Assembly: GCF_022539665.2 (NCBI RefSeq)
Contig: NC_081332.1
Location: 5,766,001 to 5,830,000, forward strand
DNA from: Daphnia carinata
Lineage: Eukaryota
Direction: 5' to 3'
Length of the DNA: 64,000 bases
In this document: positions 39,801 to 58,899 of the stretch, in pieces
Layout of the letters: every line of letters starts with the position of its first letter
Numbering within the stretch: position 1 is the stretch's first letter
Translations under genes and position numbers: made by a program
The notes under the pieces: generated by a model
What the model was told of the DNA's origin: nothing
Database searches by the model: none
What the model saw: the letters and a program-made list of their open reading frames with translations, nothing else

Positions 39801-41856
39801 CTCTCTATGCCACGCATTGGGTCCACGTCATTTCCCATCACGCGGTCTTTTACATCATTATTCATTTATTTCTGATTCTTCTCTCGCCGGGTCCTACGCC
39901 ATCACGTTCAATGAATCATTTGAAAAGAAAAAAAAAACAAAAAAAACAAGGAAACCGTACGAACTTGCACTGGGAAAAAAAAAATAAAATAAAATAAAAT
40001 GAAAGAGAGGCGGAAGAGAAGGAAATATTTGAATTCCAAGAAATATGGACGCGCTCATCATCCGCACACAAAAAAAAAAATACGCGCCCACAAAGTGCAT
40101 CTTTTTTTCTTTTTTTTTTTTTTTATATTTTCCCGAAAAATGTGCGGACAAAGAATGTTTGATGGCCAACACACACACACACACACATTTTCTCTTCTCA
40201 AATAAATAATACTAATAAAAAAAAAAAATGAGGAGGTTGGAATAAGAAAACAAAGTCGGTGATGATAAGAAATAATAAATCGCAAACAAAAAAAAAATGA
40301 AACCGCATGTACATATTTAACACAAAAAAAAAAAAAAAAAAAAAAAAAGAAGGAACATGTATCTTCTTTTCCAGAATAAAAAAAAAAGGAAACAAAAGCC
40401 GCGAATTGCAAGCAGGATTATAGCGAAAAAAAAAAAAAGGGAAAACGCCGGTGTGTCAGAAGACAAGAAGAGCGGCGCGGATCGGTGTGTTAAAGTCTAA
40501 TTAAGAACAAAAAAAAAAAGATAAGAAAAAAAAAACAAAATGGCTAAATACCTCGGAAACAGTCAAGCGCTCAATTTTTTTTTTTTTTTTTTTTTTTGTT
40601 TTTTTTTTTTTTTTTTTTGTGTCGTCGGCGAAATTTTTCTTTGTAAGGGATCAATTTTGATGATTTTAAATCTTAGGGAATTTCATGTTTTTTTTTTTTC
40701 TTTGGTGGGGAGGGGGGGGGGGTAACGCAGGGAAGAGAAGTAGGAGGAGCTCTTTGCTGCATGTAGCATATCGATAGCGCGTATTTTGCAAGGCCTAATA
40801 CACCGCTGGCATGTCCAGGGACTTTTTTTTTTTAGCCAGGAAGAAAAAAAAAAAAAAAGAACATCGATGTTGTAAAGAAGAAGAAGAAAAATGAACACGT
40901 GAAAGAAAAAAAACAAAACGGACATGTAGACTTAATGAGCGTTACGTTTCCGAAAAGTGGAACCTCATTAGCTGGAAATGGTAATTCAAGTAACCATGAC
41001 GCTCGGCACGCACGCCCTGCCCAGAAAACATACTTTGGCCGCTTCCAATTACCATCACATGTTTCCTATAAAAAAAAAGCGGTGTTGAGAGCATCTACGC
41101 ACACAATACGTTTTCGTTGAAAAAAAAAAAAAAAAAAAAATAGGCCTTTCAAAAAAAAAAAAAAATGAAAACATTTTCTTAATTTTAAACAGAAAAAGAA
41201 ATGACACAAAGAGAAACGAAATGTGACGCATTTCAAAAGTTCGTTTTTGTGTGTTAAACGTCATATGCTTGATTGACAGCTGTTCCAGTTTTTCTTCGTT
41301 CTTAAATAATGAATGCGTAATGAATTCAAAACTGTGGCACCGCACGAGCAACAACGCCCTTTTATACATCAAAGCGGCACGACATTCGAAACATTTGCAT
41401 TTGGAACGGAATCAATTCACGGCTTCTCTCGGAACGAGAACCGATCCTATTAGATTATAATTACCTTCAAATCTAATCATCTCCTCCTTTGCACTTTTGC
41501 TTTTTCTTTCTCAAAAACGCCGAATGAAAAAATATATATCCAAAAATCAAAATGGCCGTTTCTCTCGTCAATTGCGTAATAAGAAACACGAACCCCACAA
41601 CTCGGGGTGAATAACAAATCACCTATCTATCCAACAAAAAAAAAAAAAAAAAAAAAAAAAAACCGAAGATTCCCCTCTCTTCTTCCTTATTTAATGTGTG
41701 TATAATCCATCCAATTTTTGAACAGGTAACTCAAAATGCACCGACATGTTCTTCCCCCCCCCCCTCCTCAATATTTTCTTTTTTCCATGACGGGCTCCGG
41801 CTCCAAGTCTCCGGCAACGGTTTAATTGTTTGTTAATATGTGAAATAGCCTGTCTA

Positions 41857-41892
<36 letters not shown>

Positions 41893-42546
41893 TGGTCGGG
41901 ATAATACATCGGTGGAATATGAATTAGTATTAGATTTTTTTTTTTTTTTTTTTTCACGAGGAGATAACAACACACACACACACACACACGGTGGGGTTGG
42001 TGGTGGTGAAATCATGCAAGTCAGACGAGATAGACAGCAGGGTGTTTCACGAGTGCTGAAAAACCGAAGGGGACGTGTATAAAACGTTTGCGTCTAATGA
42101 ATCGACCGCTATTCAGACGTGGATTCCGAACGGATAGACGCCAGACGGCTGACATTTCAATGCGGCATAGTATAGAAGAGGGGGAAACGAAAAAAAAAAA
42201 AAAATGGGATGGTAGGGATGTCGACATTGGACGTCAAAAAAAAAAAAAAAAGAAAAAAAAAAGAAAATTAAGTTTATGTAATAAAAACAATTCACAATTG
42301 AAAATCTAACGGGAGGAAATTCAAGGAGGCCGAAAAAAACAACAAACGGAAAACTATGTATATTTTGTGCATAAGGATGGAAGGCGTTAAAGGCAATTAG
42401 GTTCAAGTTTCCTTGCCTTATTGCAATACATACATATACGCGGGGCTCTCAAAACAATAAAAGAGAGAGAGAGAGAGAGAAAGAGAACCGTCAACCATCA
42501 GAAAAGAAAAAGAATGATGGTCTTTTCTTTTTTCTTATTCCTTTTG

Positions 42547-42577
<31 letters not shown>

Positions 42578-44100
42578 CAACTTGTTTCTAGTTTAGTTTT
42601 TTCTGAACAAGCCGCTTGTATTTGCAAGGGAGGGGGAGAGACGAATGAGGCTGCTAGAAGTGGGGGGCAAAAGGTGAAGAGCAAACAACGTTCCAGCAGG
42701 TGACATGATGGACTCCCCGCTGACCTGTCGCGTACCTTACACACACATACACACACCGGAATTTAACAAGGAAAAAAAAAAAAATATGGTGGAATGAAGA
42801 AGAAGATGAATTGTTTGTGAAAATTCACCCTCCCCCCGTTCTTCCTTCACCCAATTATAAATGGCGAGAGAGAACAAAGTGGGGGCGCACGGCTCTAGGT
42901 GTAGGTACGTGGTGTATACCTTTCGAGTTATTCACATTCCCTCCACTGTCTTATACCCCTGGCGTGTGTGTATAGCTGCAGGGACATCATGCGGTGTGTA
43001 ATGCTGGAATGACCCGTTCGCAAAAACAAAAAAAAAAAAGAGCTGAGAAATATTTTTTTTTGGCTGTCCAGTGTATCTTTCGCAAGAACATTTCAAAGTG
43101 TCATTCTGCCCCCCCCCCCCATCACTTAAAAATGAACTAAGGTCCCCCCCCCCTACCCATTCTGTGCTCACACACACAGCAATTGTTTTCTCTAATAGAC
43201 TGACCTATCCACTTATATGAACTGGCCGTTTTTATTTTTTATTTTTTTATATATGGACTCAATTTTGAAATGCCGGTGAGGTTCAACATGGGCGAGGGAG
43301 GCTGTTTAAAAGAAAAAGGTCACCCATCTCTTAATGACTTTGGCTAAAAAGTTCCAGCTGACACCGAATGGGCCTATGGAACTGTATCGTTTAATTTAAT
43401 TTTCTTTTTTTTTTTTTTTTTTCTATATTGACTCTTCAAAAAAAAAAAAAAAAAAAAAAAAAAAGAAAGAGACACGGGGGTGGGGATGTTCTGGCGGTAA
43501 AATTGACACTCGGGTCTGAATAAATTTAGATCGTTTGTCCCTACCTTTGATTCTTTGGTCTTAACTCACATTGTCCGCCGCGCGGCTCATTCGTTTTGAT
43601 CGATGGCATTCAAAATTGAAAAGAAACGAATAATAAAAAAAGGGTAGGAAATGGGAGGAAGAAATGAGGATGTGCTTTCAATATTAGAAATACTGTATAA
43701 AAAAAAAAAAAAAAAAAAGAAATAACGAAAACGAACGAAAAAAAAAAACAACAAAACAATTGCGATGATTACACACTGACGGCTTTGCGTACAACATTCA
43801 AGGAAGTCGACTGCCAATGCATTTCGTTTTCGGCCCGATCTATCCCATTCCATACTTAATCCATTGATTGATTTGGAAAAAAAAAACAAAAAACAAAATC
43901 TTACTTTTACACGATGATGAGATGCGTGAAAATCGAGAGAAGAGAAACGAATATGTGCCTCATTGTATGCAATATCCATCCGCCATCATATCGGGTGGGA
44001 GTCGGTGATGGATTGAGACGCGAGCGCTCGGCGAAAGTGATTGGAATAATATGCCCCTCGCATTTGCTTTTTCCTCCTTCTTCCCAACTATTTTCTCTCT

Positions 44101-44134
<34 letters not shown>

Positions 44135-46830
44135 CCAGACATATATATTCAACATACACACAGACATATCTATACAACAAGCCAAGACAAAAATACAGAC
44201 GTTGGGTTTCCCGTCGAGGCGCCCGTCAACCCCCACCAACTCCACTTGGAGCTCTCCTCTCGGGCTATGAATAATTGAATAGGTCGTCATCGGTTATTTT
44301 CTTTTCTTTCTTCTTCTTCTTCTTCTCCTTCTTCTTCTTCTTCAATAGTTTTTATATTCTATATCGAATGTGTATGCGCGCGCCTATATGTACGTGATGG
44401 GCTTGTTAGCCTTTGACACGAGCCCTGGCAAGATAACTCCACGGCTGCCGTATGATGATGAGCGCGAAGAAAACGAACGATGATGAAGATCTGTCAGAGA
44501 AGGGAAAGAACGGTGGGGGCTAAAAGGAAACACGGCCAAAAGGAGAGAGACACACACGTCTATAAGAAAAAGGGAAACAAAAGAATAAAGCAGGGAGCAA
44601 CAGCAGCCAACGTAAACGCAGCAAGGGCGCCTTCAGAAAATGCTGATGATTTGTATCTCGAAACCATCCATCATCCATCACAGCCGTATCAGTGTGAGAG
44701 ACACACAGTTATACTCGGCTGTGTGTGTGTGTGTGTGTATACAACTACACACACACACACACACGGCGTGTACGTATATATGTTTCAGACAATGGAGTGA
44801 AAAAAAAAAAAAGGAAGGGGGGGGGGGAAGAAAACTTGTATTCAAGTGAAAGACAAGACAAAGTGGGCACATGTAGAAAATTTATATATAACAAACTATC
44901 ACAATGGAGCCGCATAGACGAGTGACGTCATTAAGTCCGGATGTTGGGAATTTTAATTTTTTTTTTTTTTTTTTTTTCGAATAGATTTACATAGACGATC
45001 ACGTGATTGGCTCCAGTGAAACTTTAGACATATTTCTTTTTTTTTTTTCGTCCCAAAAAGAAATAATCTTGGACGTCTCGGATTGCGATGGGCCATCATC
45101 ATCAATTACACGCGCACATGTATACAAAGATGTTCACTTCTTTCTTGTTCATGCGTGCCTTCCTACAGTTTAGATAGTTGATGCGTTTCAAATGAATCAT
45201 TTCCGTCTCAAATAGTATCTAGTTTGTGTACCACACTACATCATAAACATTGTCGTGTAAACATGTGTTACATAAACGGCCGAATGTGCTGGCTGACCAT
45301 CCGTATAACATTCCACTCGTCATCTTCATATTTTCTTTTTTTTTTTTCCTGTTTATTTATTTATTTTCCCCGTCTCTATGTTTTTTATTGAAATCTATTC
45401 AAGCGGACTTGTGTGACTGGAACCGATCAAACGCCCCCCCCCCCTCGTTCGACTCCTATACATATATATACGTATATAAAGTACCATCATCATCTGCAAT
45501 TTATATACGCGCGATGCTGTATATCCTAGACGAGGCCCATTACTTAACTCTACATTTCATCCAGTAGCCTAATATGCCGGTATATAAACATCATCATGTT
45601 TTTTTTTTTTTTTTCTCTCTCTCTCTTCATTTATTACAACAGTTGAAAAGACTACATTTCTTTCTCTCCCCTCTCTTCTTTCTAAAATCTCTTGATGTGT
45701 TAGACGTCCAGTGAACACGAACGGGGGGCCGAATCTAAAGAAAGACGGCAGGTTACGTCGTAAATCTGTTGGATGTTACTGTACATATACATTTATATAT
45801 ATATATATATATATGCCTTCTTTCTTCATCGCTGGCCATATAACAAGAGGAGACGATGACTCTCTTCCATTGAAAATCGTTTGAATCGGACAGTGTGTCC
45901 CACCGACGAAGGCCGGAATTCGACTTCGCCAAGAGTCCACACTGAGGGAGTGATACGTCCCCCCCCCCCCACCTTCTATAATTGAATAGAAAATAACATT
46001 TTTTTTTTTTTTTCCCGTCGGATATTGTAGGCCTGGGCGTTGAGTCAAAGGAGAAAGGAAGATATGTGGAAAAACCGGAATTGAGGCCGATCAATCCCCC
46101 TCCGTTGTAGCCCAATGGCAGCTGCGTGTAACTGCCATAGAGAACGAGAGAAAGAGAGGGGGGGGGATTAATGACGCTTGGCTTTTGATGTTTCAGTTTT
46201 CTTCTAGCCAATCGACTTTCGCTTATTATTATTACTATTATTATTGTTATTATTTGCTATGATTGTTAGATAGACCGGTGGTGTCAATGGCTGCTAGATA
46301 TACACAGAGAGAGAGAGAGAGAGTCTCCCCAAAAAAGGGTGAGCAAGTGAAAATATCAGAGAAAGAGAGAGTACATCAGTCATGATATATGAATTCGGCT
46401 GTCAGCCGTCGTCCCCCCCCCCCTTCCCAACATCAACTGTTGATACAACTGTTCCATGTACGTTATAGACACTCTTTTTTTTTTTTTTTTTTTTATAAAA
46501 ACGGAGTTCTTCATTTTTCAAAGAGGAATTCATGTGCTCAATGGATCATTCCCTCTCTTTTACTCCCCCCCCCCCCCGTCCGCATTATTGTTGGCTTGTT
46601 ACTTACATGCCATTTCAGCAATTGAGTTCATTTAATATCCGAAGCCCTTTTATTCAATTTTTCGAAATGATGACACTCAAATTTAAAAGGGGGGGAACGG
46701 AGGAGAGAATCAAAATAAAGGATTAAAAATCAAAGCCGTCAGCATTTTCAGCAATGATTGTGTCCGCTTAGAAAGAATACGTTTCAAGTTAAATCCCCGT
46801 TTGTTTTTTTTTTTCATTTAACAGAAAATC

Positions 46831-46862
<32 letters not shown>

Positions 46863-48574
46863 ACAAACAGCTGCGCAGCAATCATTTTGCTATTGGCCCA
46901 GCTGGGGACGCTGCATATAATTCTCTATGCGAAACTCGCTTATTATCGCTATTTTGGAATGCACAGATTTTAAACCCAAAAAAAAATCTATTCTTTAAAT
47001 ATTTCCCCAGATTTACACACACATGCACACAAACAAAAATTTTGTTTGCGCGACTTTGGGAGCTCAGGCCGTCTGGACAACTCGCCCGTAGACACACACA
47101 CACACACACACCCGGACGTATACAAGCATTTGACGGCCAAGGGCAGAAGATGAAATGTCCGTGTCAACGGCGGCGGTCGCAGACGGGATCCCAACGTGCT
47201 ATTTATATACACTCACGTAGATATGCGTTTCTCTCTTTTTTTTTTTTTTTTTTTTCCCTTCTTCCTGACTATACAGTTTGGTGTATATATGGTCCAGTCT
47301 TCTAAAGCAAGGTGACGTGTCCCGAACAGTTCACGAAACGGCATTCATCACGGCAGAAAACACGCAGCCATTACGAAAAAAGAAAGGAAAAAAAGAGATA
47401 TGCGCGCATTATACGTAACACGAATAACTATCGTTCTAAACAATCCCGGCTCTTTTCAAGAAGTGAAAACATCTTGGCAATCTGAGGATAAGAGTTTTCC
47501 CATCCTTAATTTTTTTTTTCGTCTCTCTCTCTCTTGACGGTCGTCGAAGAAAATCTATTTCCGAGTAATTCGATCGCAATCGAAAACGAGCGCGGAATGC
47601 GCGGCGTCAACGCGTCATGCTGAAGGCGAAACACACATCACACGGGTCCTCTCGCTTGCGCTTCGTCTTGTGCGGGCCCCTGAACGAATGGCTGCCATCC
47701 GATTGGTCGGTCGGTGTCGACACGCTCCGCGACCATAGACACGTCTAGCCCCGCCCGTTTCGGTCTGCGCTTGACTTGAAATCCAACCTGTATGGGCGGC
47801 GCTTAAAACACACGCGTCCTCTGACGTTGTGTGTGTGTGTGTGTGTGTATGTGTGTTTCTCTTTTGTATGTGGCACGTCTCTCTTTTGTCTGTTGGCTGG
47901 CATGTGAGCGTGTGTGTGTGTGTAGACGAGCGGCGCGCAACCGAACGCTCGATCTGTTTGCCAGAACGAAGACTCGCCGGGCGCCGGGCAAGTAGTGCGC
48001 ACATTGGCCTGCGTCTTTTTTTTTTTTTTAATGCGTTAAAAAAAAAAAAAAAAAAAAAAAACTAGACAGACATTTCACGTTGAATTCTGCCTTTTTCATT
48101 TGTTTGTTGGTGTGTGTGCGTTAGTGCGATTGCATTTCGGTGTTGTTTAGTTGTTTCGATGTGCAACCACAAATTTTGTGACAGTGAAACAATACGTTTG
48201 CAGTTTTTACGTGTGTCTGTGTGCATTCGCATCCAGTGAAAAGTCTGGGGTAGTGGACTAACTGTTGAAAGGATTTATTTAAAACCTCCAACAGAATTCA
48301 AGTAAAAAAAAAAAAAAAAAGGAAAGATCTAGACAGTTTGAAAAGAGATTGTTGTTGTTGTGATTAAACACAGTGTTTTTTTTTCTTGTTATTTATCTTG
48401 TACCTCCATCCTAAAACATTTGGCAGAGTGTGTGTGTGTGTGTGTGTGTGAGTGTGTGAGTGACCGTGTCCCATTGGAATTTCGTGTAAAAAAAAACAAA
48501 AACAAAACAAAGAAGAAGCCAATCAAAACGAAAAACAAAAAATCAAAAGAAGGGGGAGCTTTTAATTTCACAGC

Positions 48575-53423
<4,849 letters not shown>

Positions 53424-56400
53424 GAACAAAAATACAAACAAACAAAGGCCCGATCTGAATTAGCGAAGCTGACGCGTGTCATCATCTCTTATCATTTCAT
53501 TTCTTTATCATTTGTGTAAGTTTGTTTTGGATTATTATTATTATTATTATTATTATGATTTTGGAATGCAAATTTTCGATTTGCGAGGGGTCTCTTTTTT
53601 TTTTAATTATTAAATATCATTTGTTTTTCTTTGTTTGTTTTTGTGAAAGAATAATCCAATTGGGATTGAATGTAAATGATCATTGCCATTGGTGCGTGTT
53701 GCTTATGTGTCATCGTGTACCCACCTCCTCAACCCCCCCCCCCCACGTTTCCGTGTTCCAACTGTTTGTTTCGATTGCCCATTGCACGACAAAATAGAGA
53801 AGAAACATTTAAATCTGACTGAATTTCTAGAAAACAAAACTGAGAAAATAAGGGAGAAAAAAAAAACATAAATATGAAAAGGACGACCAGTTCCTTAGCT
53901 GGAAATGCTCGTCCCGTTTTTTTTTATTTTAAAATTCTCCCCTCCCCCCCCTTTTTTTTTTCTTATTTCTTGTTGATTTTTGATTTATTATACACACAAC
54001 AGTTAACCAAGACACACACACACACAAACACACACACCCGGACACGGAGGGCAAAACGAAGCACACATTACCATACGTCAACGAAAGGGGTCAGAAAGGG
54101 CCAAGAAAATAAGAAGTTGACTTAGTTCAACAAGGCCCAGCTTTAACCTCCACAAGCGCCGTGTGTAGCTTCCAGCTTCATTAAAAGGACGGATGACTAT
54201 TCAAGTGGGGCCTTTCTATAGATTAGCATTTACAACAAACGAAGAAATGTACATATGGATATGCATACACAAATAGGAAGAAGCATATACATACAGGCCC
54301 ACCAAAAAAAAAAAAAACCTATTGGCTACGGTTGTTTATGCTCACATGGAACAGAGAGGAGAGAAGAGAAAACATAATTACTTTTTCTTTTTTTTTTTTT
54401 TTTTTTGGATTTTGTAAAATGGTACCTGTTTGGCTAACTGTTTTGTGTGTGTGTGTGTGGAAAGGCACTGCTGTGCCCACGGTAGAAAAACATAAGAAGG
54501 AACGAATGTGCGATGTAGGCAAAGAATGTTGTTCGTGGACGTTACTCTTTTCGTGTTTGTTGGGGATGCTGCTGTGCATTGTCCTTTAAGAAAAGAGCCT
54601 TCCAAAAAAAACAAAAAAAAAATGCTAATGGGCTTTTTTAACACTCGTGATAATTACTCGCGCGCGCCTATAATAGCCTCAGCAAGTTGATTCACTGTTT
54701 TGACGCACTCCAAAAACAAAACAAAACAAAAAAGTTCGAGAAAATGGAAAATATTTATTGGATTTTGGGGGCTTTTAAAATTCTTTGAAAATAAGAAAGA
54801 AAAAAAAAAAAAAAGGGGGGAGGCAGGCAACACACGAAGCTGTTCTTTGTGTTTGTTGACACGTGGAACGGGTTATAATATACTTTACGAGCCTCCATCT
54901 TGTTTCTCTTTCTTCAGCGTGTGGTGAGAAAAGAGAATTCTTTTATTGTTATATAGCAGCGCGTGCTCGAGCACAGCCAGACGTTTACTAACACATCCTG
55001 GAACAAACCCAACGTTTGTTTTTGTTTCTTTTAATTTTTTTCTTCTTTATTTCAATGGCCATTATAGTGTCCCCCCCCCCCCTACTCACATACACACACC
55101 ATCTTATTTAACACAGCCAAAAAAACAAAACAAATGTACAACGACACAACACCTTCCTTTTGCTCGTTCAGAGAAACAAGATTACGATTTAACCTTAGCC
55201 GTCAATAGAACGACAAGCTGACCGATTGCTTTTAGCGATCGGTCACGAACGAAGGGGGGGGGGAGACGCTATCCTCTCACCCCACCCCGCCCGTTTTCAC
55301 GCGCATCGTGACGGAGGGACGCGTTCAATTATGGCGATTCATTACGAATTTTGTTCTTCTCTAACCCCCCACCACCTCCTTGACTGGCTTTTCTTCTTTT
55401 TTTTCTCTCTCTCTCTCTCTCTCTCTTTTGGCTTTAGCAATCGCCGTTATCTTGATGCCAGATTGCTCGTAACGGGTAACCTAATCCGCTGTAGACGCAC
55501 ACAGACAGCAAGGCAGACATAGCAAAGCCGAACTATATAGCCATCATTGAATCGCTCCATTTTATTTGGAGTTGATTAGCATTCATTAAATTCGACTTTT
55601 TCGTCGAACGAAAAAAGAAGAAGGACGAATGGGGGGGGGGGGGGGATAAAAAATAATAAATGTCGTTTGGCAATAATTTTTGTTTTTTTGTTTTTTTGTT
55701 TTTTGTTTTTTGTTTTTTTCAACGGGTGTACCGGTTTTTGTTGAAATATAACCGAAGACGATAGAAAGCGGTGGATGGCGAATTGCTTCGATCAAGGTTA
55801 TCTCGACCAGTTATCATATTATTATAACTATATGGAGGCAGCTAGATAGAAAATGAGTCTCGTTCTTCAACTGTTTTATAGACGTGTATCCATAACAGCC
55901 AATCAGCACGATTTCCCATCGCTTCGTTGGCAATGGCTCGCGCGTTCCCTTTTCTTTAAATAATAATTTAAAACAAGAAAATGAATTAGATTTTTTTTTT
56001 TAATAAATAAAAAAAAAAAAAAAAAAAAATGATGGCGCTTGTGTGTGGGATGTGTGTGTGTGTGTGTGTGTGCAGACTTTGTTGCGTGTATTTATTTATT
56101 ATTTCTCTCCCGTACCCGTTGCAATGTCTTTTTTTGGCTGAACGAATGTGACAGCAAACAACGAACTGATTTCTCGTTCAGCTAATTCCAAAGTATCTCG
56201 TTATGCATGCCATTGGCGTTCCAGTTTTTTTTTTTTTTCGTGTGTGTCTTTGCCTGTCACACGCACACACTACCGACGAAACGCAGACAATTTTTTTGCC
56301 ATCGAACGTATGACGAACACGAAGAAGAAGAAACAAAACAAAACAAAAAATATGGGAAGAAACATAGACACATTGGATCGTGTTCCAGCAATGATTTGTT

Positions 56401-58899
56401 TGTTTTTTTCTTTGAATCGTTTTTTAAATTTTGATATTCACCCATTTTTTTTTCACGCGTATATCAAGTAGTGACGCCAATCGTTTTTGACCCATAAACA
56501 TGTCGCAATACGTTGCAATAACAGATCACGTTGCTTGTACATCCATACTGAGATTTAATAACTCGTTTATTGCGTTTGGGATTGCAGTTCTTCCTGGAAA
56601 AGAGATTTGCAATTTTTTCTGTTCGTCCTAGCCAAAATAACGTTCGAGAAAAAACGAAACACCAGATTATTATTCATCAAACGGAAGGCAAAATTGCATC
56701 AGATCGACCACTTGCTTCTATTTCCAGCGTGAAGGACACACACACACACTTTCGAAACAAAACAAAAAGGAGATGTGCGTAGTCCATCAATACAACAAAT
56801 AAATATCAACGTGTTAACTTCGAAACGAAAAAAAAAAAATGTGTGATTGCACCAGCTGAAACATCTGGTACTTGCGTAACGTCGGTTCATTAAATTCCAT
56901 CGAACACGAAACCTGTTCGCTGATTGATCAGGCAGAACGATTGATGGAAGAGAAGGGCTTCGATCATCTACAAGCATTTCATTTGGATAGCATCAACTCA
57001 TTAAAAACAAAAATGCCAAGTCCCCTTCGCTTTGTATGGACACACACACCATCGATTCATTTGTTATACACATATTATTTTTAGTCCGATGGATGAAGAC
57101 GTACCTGTCAAGCTGTGATTCGGGGACACGACTGATGACCGGTTCGACTTGCTGTTACCAATCGTGACGCGAGTCGCTCGCAACATGTCCAAAACATTTT
57201 CTGGAACTGTGACTCCGGGTCCCGATTGCCATATGAAAACCCCCTCCAAAAACAAACAAAAACTACATTATGTGAAATGATATGGAATAATAAATTTCAA
57301 CAATAAGGAAAGGCGCAGTCGATGATGAATGCGAAATCCGGGCGACCGTGACGTCACGCAACAGGAAACGTGTCGCTAATGAGTTGAATTAAGGCCACTT
57401 GATGATAGTCTAATGATCGTATCCGCTTTTCATTCTTTCTTTTCTCTCTCTTTTTTGTTTTTTTGTTTTTTTTCGTTTGACTCAGTTCCTAACTTAAACG
57501 CAGCTCGTTTGTAACGGCCAGCGCTTCTATCATGTCATTTATTTCTTTTTTTTTTTGGCTTCAATAAAAAAAAAAAAAACTTCCTCTTCTTTTGTTTTGT
57601 GTGTGTCTGTGTGTGTGTATGCTCGTTGAACCCATCATCATCACCATCATACTTCAAGAAAAGAAATATATATATATATATATATAAGCAGGCCGACACT
57701 ATTATATAGCTGATGTGCGTATAGTCTCTTTATATATACAACAGCAAGCGAGAAACAACACACCGCCGTCAGCTACAAATTTAAATAATTGAACCTGTCT
57801 GGCGGCTATACAAAACGACTCGGCTCAGTTTCGTTATTTCCCTCTTCTTGTTGCCCCCTCCTCTTTTTTTTTTTTTCTTAACGTATAAATACATTACTGT
57901 GTGTATAATATTATCAAGCAATTGTGGCCGTGTTTTGCGTCGAATGGAGAAACACAAGAAAAGTCTCATCATCTGTCCGTCTCCTTTTTAGACGGGCATA
58001 TATACACACACATAACACATCCGTGTTCATAGTTTGCTACAACGCGCCGTCTATAGATGCAGCTCTTGCAGAGCGGATGTGTGTCTTTGGGCCCGCCAGC
58101 GCATGCATCACATCAAGCTGCTCATTATCATATTTATCCGCCAGCGTGTGTGTGCATGTTTTAAAGTGCGCATCATTTCCCCCCTCCATGCTCGCTCAAT
58201 GATGATCAATGACTCTAAACAAGAGTCCCGATGACTCTATCAAAAAAAAAAAAAAATGAATGAAAAAAAAAAAAGAATATTTAAAATGTTTCCTTTTGCT
58301 GGGCTTTTTTTTTTGTTCGACCCTCTTCTTGATGTGGTGGTAGTTGTTGATACTCATTTTCTCATCATCATCATTATCGTATATAATCATCCCATCCGGC
58401 CATTTTTTGTTTAGTTTTTTTTTTATTTTTGAAACTAAAGGTATATACAAATAATGGTGTTGAATGAAGCAGCCAACTGCTTGTCTTGTGGACACGACCA
58501 AGTTCCGTTACACACACACTCACACACACAGAACTGGTACAGATTGTCAGCGTGTGTGTGTGTATTTGTTGTAGGAAATGCTATCCTCGTTTGTTTCTCA
58601 CGTTTTGTACTATAGTTCATTTTTGTTTTTGTTTTTCTCCTTCCTTCTGTATGCGCCCTTTAGCTATCAAATGGTGTGTACAAACCATTTATTATGTGAT
58701 GCCCGTCCATTTGACGCAATCCGTGAGTAGATACGCACTGCGGGCAGTCAACAACTCACGGGATGAGTGGAACATCCGGCAGACTGGGCCCGAAGGCGAT
58801 GCGAACCTTTAAGCGCAACAACCTAAGCGCGAAAATCTAAGCTCGAAACTATTTAGTTTTGCTAATTGAGAAATTCCTAATTGATTTGCACGATTAGTG